Below, piece by piece: positions 16,664-21,817 of a stretch of DNA of 21,817 nucleotides. This stretch comes from an uncultured archaeon (GTDB taxonomy: Archaea; Asgardarchaeota; Lokiarchaeia; Sigyniarchaeales; SOKP01), in the NCBI GenBank assembly GCA_964493715.1, contig CAZBPC010000056.1:1-21817 (forward strand), in the 5' to 3' direction. The notes below the pieces were generated by a model. That model saw only the letters and a program-made list of their open reading frames with translations, did no database searches and had not been told where the DNA came from. How positions within the stretch are numbered: position 1 is the stretch's first letter; each line of letters begins with the position of its first letter. The translations under genes and the position numbers were made by a program.

Positions 16664-18178
16664 ATGGTCTTAGAAAAATTAGAACCAAAAATAGTCTGGC
16701 ATATATTTGAACATGTAATTTCTTCTACCCCTCGACCTTCAAAACATGAAGAGATGATTCGCGATAAATTGAAAACTTGGTTGGGTGAACAAGATAAAAT
16801 TGATTCTCTTAATCTCATAATAAGTGAAGATGATGTGGGAAATCTCCTAATCAAAAAACTTCCAACAAAAGGAATGGAAGGATTACCCTCTCTATTGCTT
16901 CAAGCCCATATGGATATGGTATGCGAAACGGATAAAATTGTAGGATTCGATTTTATCACACAAGGTATCCCCATTCGCATTCAAGATAATGGTGAATGGA
17001 TCGATGCAGATGGAACAACTTTAGGAGCTGATGATGGAATTGGCTTAGCAATTGCTTTAGCACTCTTAATTGATAAATCAATAGAATCTCATGGTCCTAT
17101 TGAGGTTCTATTTACAGTTAACGAAGAAGATGGTTTTACCGGGGCAAATGGGTTGAATGTAAATAAATTGGGAATCAAAAGTAAATTTATGATCAATTTG
17201 GACAGCGGTTCTTTAGACGAAATCACTATTGGCTCTGTCGGAGGAAGGCGTGTTCACTTTATAAAAGAGTTAATTTGGCAAAAAATGGAGAATCTAGTTC
17301 AATTCAAATTGTCCGTTTCTGGTCTTGCAGGAGGTCATTCTGGAGGAGATATTCACTTACCTCGAGCGAACGCCAATAAGATAATTGGGAGAATTATATC
17401 AAATTTAAACAAAGATTTTGATATTTTTATAAGTAGTTGGATTGGTGGTACTAAATCAAATGCTATTCCAAGGGGATCAGTCCTGGATTTTGCTATCAAA
17501 TCTCAAGATTCAGAAAGGTTCAAGGAAGCTATTAAGAAGGAAATTTCAATTTTATATGACTATTATAAAAAAGAGAGCGAAACCGTTAAAGCTTTTGAAC
17601 CTAATATGGAAATAAATCTCCTTCCTAATAATTTTACTGAATTTCTTTCTATTAATGATAGTAAAAACTTGATGCACTTGGTGAATCTCATTCCCAATGG
17701 CGTTTTAAGACAATCTTCTATATATAAAGATTTCGTGGAAAGCTCAAATAATCTAGGGATTCTTAATATTCAAAAAGATCAAGTAGAGATATGGATTTAT
17801 CCTCGAAGCATAATACGTAATGAATTACACGCATTTTGTCGGTCAATGGAACAATTAGGATTTTTGGCAGGTTGGGAGGTTGAATTCCGTCCAATACTCC
17901 CTGAATGGAATCCTGAAAGGGATTCAAAGTTTTTAAAATTTATAAGAATTGAATATGAAAAGGTCCTTGGAAAACCAGTGAAAATGGAACCAACTCATGG
18001 GGGATTAGAAACAGCAACCATTAGAGAAAAGATTCCTGAATTAGAGATGGTAGCAATATCTCCAACTGTCGTTGATGGTCATTCTCCTAGTGAAAAACTA
18101 AAAATTCAGGATGTAAAAGTAATATATGATATTCTAAAAAATATTTTAGCCAATTTTAGGAATGTACAGGATTCTTAA
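16664..18178 (+). CDS. pepD: Aminoacyl-histidine (beta-Ala-His) dipeptidase, M20C
   Basis: PRPSKHE, QAHMDMV, TTLGADDGIG, NEEDG, INLDS, GGHSG, HGGLE and HSPSE motifs. ATG 16664 preferred as start. Confidence 0.93.
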   Translation: MVLEKLEPKIVWHIFEHVISSTPRPSKHEEMIRDKLKTWLGEQDKIDSLNLIISEDDVGNLLIKKLPTKGMEGLPSLLLQAHMDMVCETDKIVGFDFITQGIPIRIQDNGEWIDADGTTLGADDGIGLAIALALLIDKSIESHGPIEVLFTVNEEDGFTGANGLNVNKLGIKSKFMINLDSGSLDEITIGSVGGRRVHFIKELIWQKMENLVQFKLSVSGLAGGHSGGDIHLPRANANKIIGRIISNLNKDFDIFISSWIGGTKSNAIPRGSVLDFAIKSQDSERFKEAIKKEISILYDYYKKESETVKAFEPNMEINLLPNNFTEFLSINDSKNLMHLVNLIPNGVLRQSSIYKDFVESSNNLGILNIQKDQVEIWIYPRSIIRNELHAFCRSMEQLGFLAGWEVEFRPILPEWNPERDSKFLKFIRIEYEKVLGKPVKMEPTHGGLETATIREKIPELEMVAISPTVVDGHSPSEKLKIQDVKVIYDILKNILANFRNVQDS

Positions 18179-18923
18179 AAGAACAAGGTACGACACACAC
18201 ACATTTACCGCATGCATCCACTAAACCAATGTCTGAGTAAATTCTAGCATTTTCTAAACAAATATCATAACATTTTTGCTTATTTAAATTATCAATTTTT
18301 AATGCATCAAATATACAATTTTCAACACATTTTAGGCAAGATTTATTATAATGATATAAACAGTATTCTTTTTCACTCCGCTCAGTTGGTTGGATTTTTG
18401 CTGATGTAATTATACTACCTAATCTCCCACAACATCCTTGCTCAGTTATTAACATGTGGTGAAGTCCGAAATTCCCTAAACCCGCAATGTACCCCACGTG
18501 TTTATGCGACCAATCACTGATCAATTCTTCTTCATTAAAGTTATGAGTAGCTGGCATTGGTTTCACATCAAAACCTTCGAATTTTAGTTTTTGTCGCAAG
18601 AAATTGTTAATTTCTGTGATTAGCTCATTAGTCTCTATATATGCGTGAGCCCATTCTTTTGAACTAACTTTAAGTTCCCGATTAGAAATCGCAATGTCTT
18701 TTTTAAAAGGTATGAAATAAACAATTACCGTGCTTGCATTTTTCAATAATTCGTTTGGATGAGCATGTGAATTTCCAATCACTTCTTTTAATTTAATAAA
18801 TAATGGATCTTTAGCAACTGCGAATGAGACTATTGGATCTTTCCAAGCAGTTAAAGAATGATTTTTAGTTTTATATTCTTTTACAAATGAATTTACCCAC
18901 TTTTGAATTTCTTCTTCTAACAT
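18156..18923 (-). CDS. Epoxyqueuosine reductase (QueG)/reductive dehalogenase-like cobalamin Fe-S protein
   Basis: WSHKHVGYIAGLGNFG...GRLGSIIT, plus CLKCVENC and CGKCVCVVPC Fe-S motifs. The substrate cannot be determined from sequence. Confidence 0.85.
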   Translation of the reverse strand: MLEEEIQKWVNSFVKEYKTKNHSLTAWKDPIVSFAVAKDPLFIKLKEVIGNSHAHPNELLKNASTVIVYFIPFKKDIAISNRELKVSSKEWAHAYIETNELITEINNFLRQKLKFEGFDVKPMPATHNFNEEELISDWSHKHVGYIAGLGNFGLHHMLITEQGCCGRLGSIITSAKIQPTERSEKEYCLYHYNKSCLKCVENCIFDALKIDNLNKQKCYDICLENARIYSDIGLVDACGKCVCVVPCSFKNPVHS

Positions 18924-18988
18924 TTTTTAGACTATTTATGATAAACTGTTATTTAATAATGATATTTCTTTATGGATTTATATGATTT

Positions 18989-20278
18989 TTAGCTATCTTC
19001 TAATTGTATTACATTTTCTAAATAGGTTTTAGCTTCCTCTTTTTTAGCATCACTAAGCTTACATTCCGTGATCGTCCAAAAGCGGTATTCATGATTCAAA
19101 TATGCGGGACAATCTTTATGGATTTCCTCTGGGCAATCTGTGATCTGCCAGCATTGGAAAATTTCTCGCTCATAATATGAATGAAATTTCTTTGGTAGTT
19201 TTTTATACTCAAATTTAGTTTCTCTAAGATACTTATCTAGATCGTTAGAATTATACGTATTCCAGAACAACACAATTTTCGATTTATTTTCCTGTTTTGC
19301 AAGAATATCGAGCATTGCTGCTGCGTTTTTACCCGTATAAGTAGTTTCTAATTTAAAACCTCGGCGTTTACCTTCTAATTTTTCAATTAAATCAACTGCA
19401 TTCTGGCTTTTTATCGTTTTAATTCCATATTCTGAACCCAGATATCCCTTTATCATTGTAAAATCTTCCTCGGTTACTAATACATCGGGAATTGAATTAT
19501 CTCTTTTTCTGAGGTATTTAATCGCTTTATTTGCGATTTTCATTAAAACCTTAGGACTGACAACAATATCTCGCGAAACATTAACAAAATTTACTTTTGT
19601 TTTCATGCCTAAAAGTTTACACCCTGCTGTTAAACCCGCTGCTGTTCCGGTCGATCCTGCCGCTACGAAAATTACATCGGGTTCTGGTAAGATTTTTTCA
19701 TCTATTTGTTTTTTAAGTTCAATTATGGCATTAATGAATCCAATAGAGCCCAAGGGTGTTCCAATTCCGAGCAAAGGAGAACCTCCTATTGACATTAAAT
19801 AATATTTCGGATGCAATAATCTGAAGAATAAACTTTTAAGTACCCCTAATTCAAAAATTTTTGTGAAGTGCAATTTCGCGCCAAAATAATCGTATAATAG
19901 CAAGGATCGTTGCACGTGCCACGTGAGGGGTTGTAAGGACAAGAAAAGTTCACACTTTAACCCCAATTCTTTAGCAATAATCGCACAAGCTATGCCATGA
20001 TTAGTTCCTATGCCTCCAAGAGTGATAACACCTTTCTTTTTTTTCTTTAATATTTCTCCAAATATGAACTCAAACTTTCTAAGTTTATTGCCACCATAGA
20101 TTTTATGATCTTTGTCATCTCGCTTAATATATATTGCTCCATCCTTTATATTCAAGTGTTTTTCTAATTCTGTTAACTTATCGATGTTAGAAGGTATTCC
20201 CGTTAATATTGGTGTCCAAGGAACTTTTCCTTCCAAATTAGGATAAAATTCGAATAACACGGGTCTAGTGTTTTCCAT
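18989..20278 (-). CDS. PLP-dependent D-cysteine desulfhydrase/ACC deaminase family enzyme with a C-terminal Cys-rich extension
   Basis: IKRDD...GGNKLRK (PLP Lys), GSTGTAAG and ETTYTGK. Thr rather than Glu at this position points to a desulfhydrase-like enzyme. Confidence 0.9.
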   Translation of the reverse strand: MENTRPVLFEFYPNLEGKVPWTPILTGIPSNIDKLTELEKHLNIKDGAIYIKRDDKDHKIYGGNKLRKFEFIFGEILKKKKKGVITLGGIGTNHGIACAIIAKELGLKCELFLSLQPLTWHVQRSLLLYDYFGAKLHFTKIFELGVLKSLFFRLLHPKYYLMSIGGSPLLGIGTPLGSIGFINAIIELKKQIDEKILPEPDVIFVAAGSTGTAAGLTAGCKLLGMKTKVNFVNVSRDIVVSPKVLMKIANKAIKYLRKRDNSIPDVLVTEEDFTMIKGYLGSEYGIKTIKSQNAVDLIEKLEGKRRGFKLETTYTGKNAAAMLDILAKQENKSKIVLFWNTYNSNDLDKYLRETKFEYKKLPKKFHSYYEREIFQCWQITDCPEEIHKDCPAYLNHEYRFWTITECKLSDAKKEEAKTYLENVIQLEDS

Positions 20279-20441
20279 AAAAAGGTAAATTCATAATAAT
20301 AAAAAAAGATTATAAGAAATTGGAGTATTTTGACAAAAATATCAAATAATTAATGAAATTTACAACTAAAATATTAATTTTTATTAATTTTGAAATGTGA
20401 TTTAAAACAATTAATAAAGAAATTATAAAACAGTATCAAAA

Positions 20442-21641
20442 ATGGATTTCAACATAAGAGATTATTCATTGTTAGATGACATAGGTCCAGAAAAGATCAT
20501 TTCGATAAATAGCCCCGCCGTAGGATTGAACGGGGTCTTAGTTATAGACAATTCCGTGTATGGTATACCTGCTGGAGGAATAAGATTAGCTCCAGATATT
20601 ACCATCGATGAAATGATAAGACTTTCACGTGCTATGTCTCTAAAATTTTGCGCATATCGATTAAAAATAGGAGGAGCAAAAGCGGGAATATGTGGAGATC
20701 CTTCAAATATGGAGAATAAAGGGATTTTATTAACAGCATTTGCAGATCAAATAGCGCCATTCATCACCAATGATGTTTATTATCCCGGTCCAGATATGGG
20801 AACTGATGATAACGACTTGTTAAAGATGTTCAAAGTGATGGGAGTACCTAATTTGGCTCCTAAACCTATTGGATTGAAGAAATCTGGAGTTCCCGTGGAA
20901 GAATTATTTACCGGTCAAGGAGTTGTAGATTGCTTAGATACAGTGTATAATAATCTCGATAGACTTACAGAAATTAAACAAGATAAGCATATAAAACCAA
21001 GAGTTATCTTAGAAGGGTTTGGCAAAGTAGGAACCGCAATTGTAATTGCATTAAAAAATTTAAAATTCACACTAACTGGAGTTTCAACGCTTAAAGGAGC
21101 AATCTTTGAGGAAGAGGGTTTAAATGTTGAAGATTTATTAAAATTAAAACGCCAGTATGGAGACGATTTAGTAAACCACTATGAGAGTAAAAATCTAGTG
21201 AGGATAGCAAAAGAAAGATTATTTGATTTATCTTCTGAATACCAAACAGACTTCATTATTCCGGGTGCACGACCTGATGTCATTAATAAGAGCAATGTAG
21301 ATAAAATCAATGCAATTGCCATAGTCCCCGCTGCTAATATCCCTTATGGAAAAGGGACTACTGAAATTTTAAGGGAAAGAGGAATAATTGCCTTTCCAGA
21401 TTTTGTAGTGAATGCCGGCGAAGTATTGGCTATTCTAGTCAACAAGGTAGCTAAAAATGCTGATGAGATTTTTAACTTTGTCAAAACCAAAATAACAGAG
21501 AAAACTTTTGAAGTGATTCAAGGAGCTGCTCAAGATAAAATTTCCCCATATAAATTCGCTGTGAATGATGCTATGAATGAACTCAAAAAAAAACAAAAAA
21601 GGAAAAAAAAGCTCTTGGAAAAAATCAATCAGCGATATTAA
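20442..21641 (+). CDS. Glu/Leu/Phe/Val dehydrogenase family protein
   Basis: GGIR, MSLK, GGAKAG, GPDMGT, EGFGKVG, AAN.P and PDFVVNAG motifs. Confidence 0.93.
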   Translation: MDFNIRDYSLLDDIGPEKIISINSPAVGLNGVLVIDNSVYGIPAGGIRLAPDITIDEMIRLSRAMSLKFCAYRLKIGGAKAGICGDPSNMENKGILLTAFADQIAPFITNDVYYPGPDMGTDDNDLLKMFKVMGVPNLAPKPIGLKKSGVPVEELFTGQGVVDCLDTVYNNLDRLTEIKQDKHIKPRVILEGFGKVGTAIVIALKNLKFTLTGVSTLKGAIFEEEGLNVEDLLKLKRQYGDDLVNHYESKNLVRIAKERLFDLSSEYQTDFIIPGARPDVINKSNVDKINAIAIVPAANIPYGKGTTEILRERGIIAFPDFVVNAGEVLAILVNKVAKNADEIFNFVKTKITEKTFEVIQGAAQDKISPYKFAVNDAMNELKKKQKRKKKLLEKINQRY

Positions 21642-21779
21642 AAAATAATATATTTACTTTTTAGTCCAATTCCTCTCTTTTCTTTGTTAAAGGTTTATAT
21701 AGAGTTATGGACTTAGATCAAAAAATGATATTTTTCAAAATTTTAAAATAAATTATTAGGAAATTAAAAAAAGTGATAT

Positions 21780-21817
21780 ATGATGGTGGAAGATAAAGAA
21801 CTCAAACGTGGGCTTAA
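21780..21817 (+). CDS. Start of a CDS running off the window (possibly an APC-family amino acid permease)
   Basis: MMVEDKELKRGL... after AAGTGA. LKRGL resembles the N-terminus of APC permeases, but only 12 codons are visible. Confidence 0.4.
   Translation, partial: MMVEDKELKRGL

Noticed and set aside
18156-18178. 23-bp convergent overlap of pepD and the QueG-like gene (and a 2-bp gap at 12804/12807)
   Set aside because: Short convergent overlaps are common in compact archaeal genomes.
6191-19802. Other short nested ORFs (6191, 7912, 10235, 12360, 14549, 14569, 15932, 16660, 19605)
   Set aside because: All lie within or across confidently assigned genes on the opposite strand or in another frame, and show no motifs.
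1-21817. Selenocysteine/pyrrolysine readthrough, tRNA, CRISPR, IS elements
   Set aside because: Genes ending in TGA or TAG stop at family-typical lengths. No cloverleaf, spaced repeat array or transposase was seen by eye.

Overview
AT-rich (roughly 30% GC by eye) archaeal chromosomal window. It most likely comes from an Asgard archaeon of the Lokiarchaeia type; this is an inference from the archaeal rpl7ae/rpoN/rpl24e/rps6e genes, fae-hps and a gelsolin-like protein. No tRNA, rRNA, CRISPR array or transposase was seen. Housekeeping and metabolic genes: L7Ae, RpoN, L24e (missed by the ORF track, possible ATC start), S6e, B12-radical SAM, Fae-Hps, a DUF3795/PNPOx/MarR operon with a visible tandem operator, nitroreductase, M24 peptidase-like protein, GH57 branching enzyme, crotonase, PepD, QueG-like Fe-S protein, D-cysteine desulfhydrase-like protein and a Glu/Leu/Phe/Val dehydrogenase. 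The most unusual content lies at about 7.1-12.1 kb. (1) An unannotated stand-alone 35-aa KKKAP-repeat micro-protein that resembles a histone H1 C-terminal tail. (2) A TrmB-like regulator split by about 530 aa of coiled coil, with a basic/aromatic motif at the midpoint of the insert. (3) A two-gene module: a membrane-anchored surface protein with a juxtamembrane HFS motif, and a single-pass receptor-like double-wHTH transcription factor with a paralogous ectodomain, preceded by a perfect 14-bp palindrome just upstream of the TATA box.
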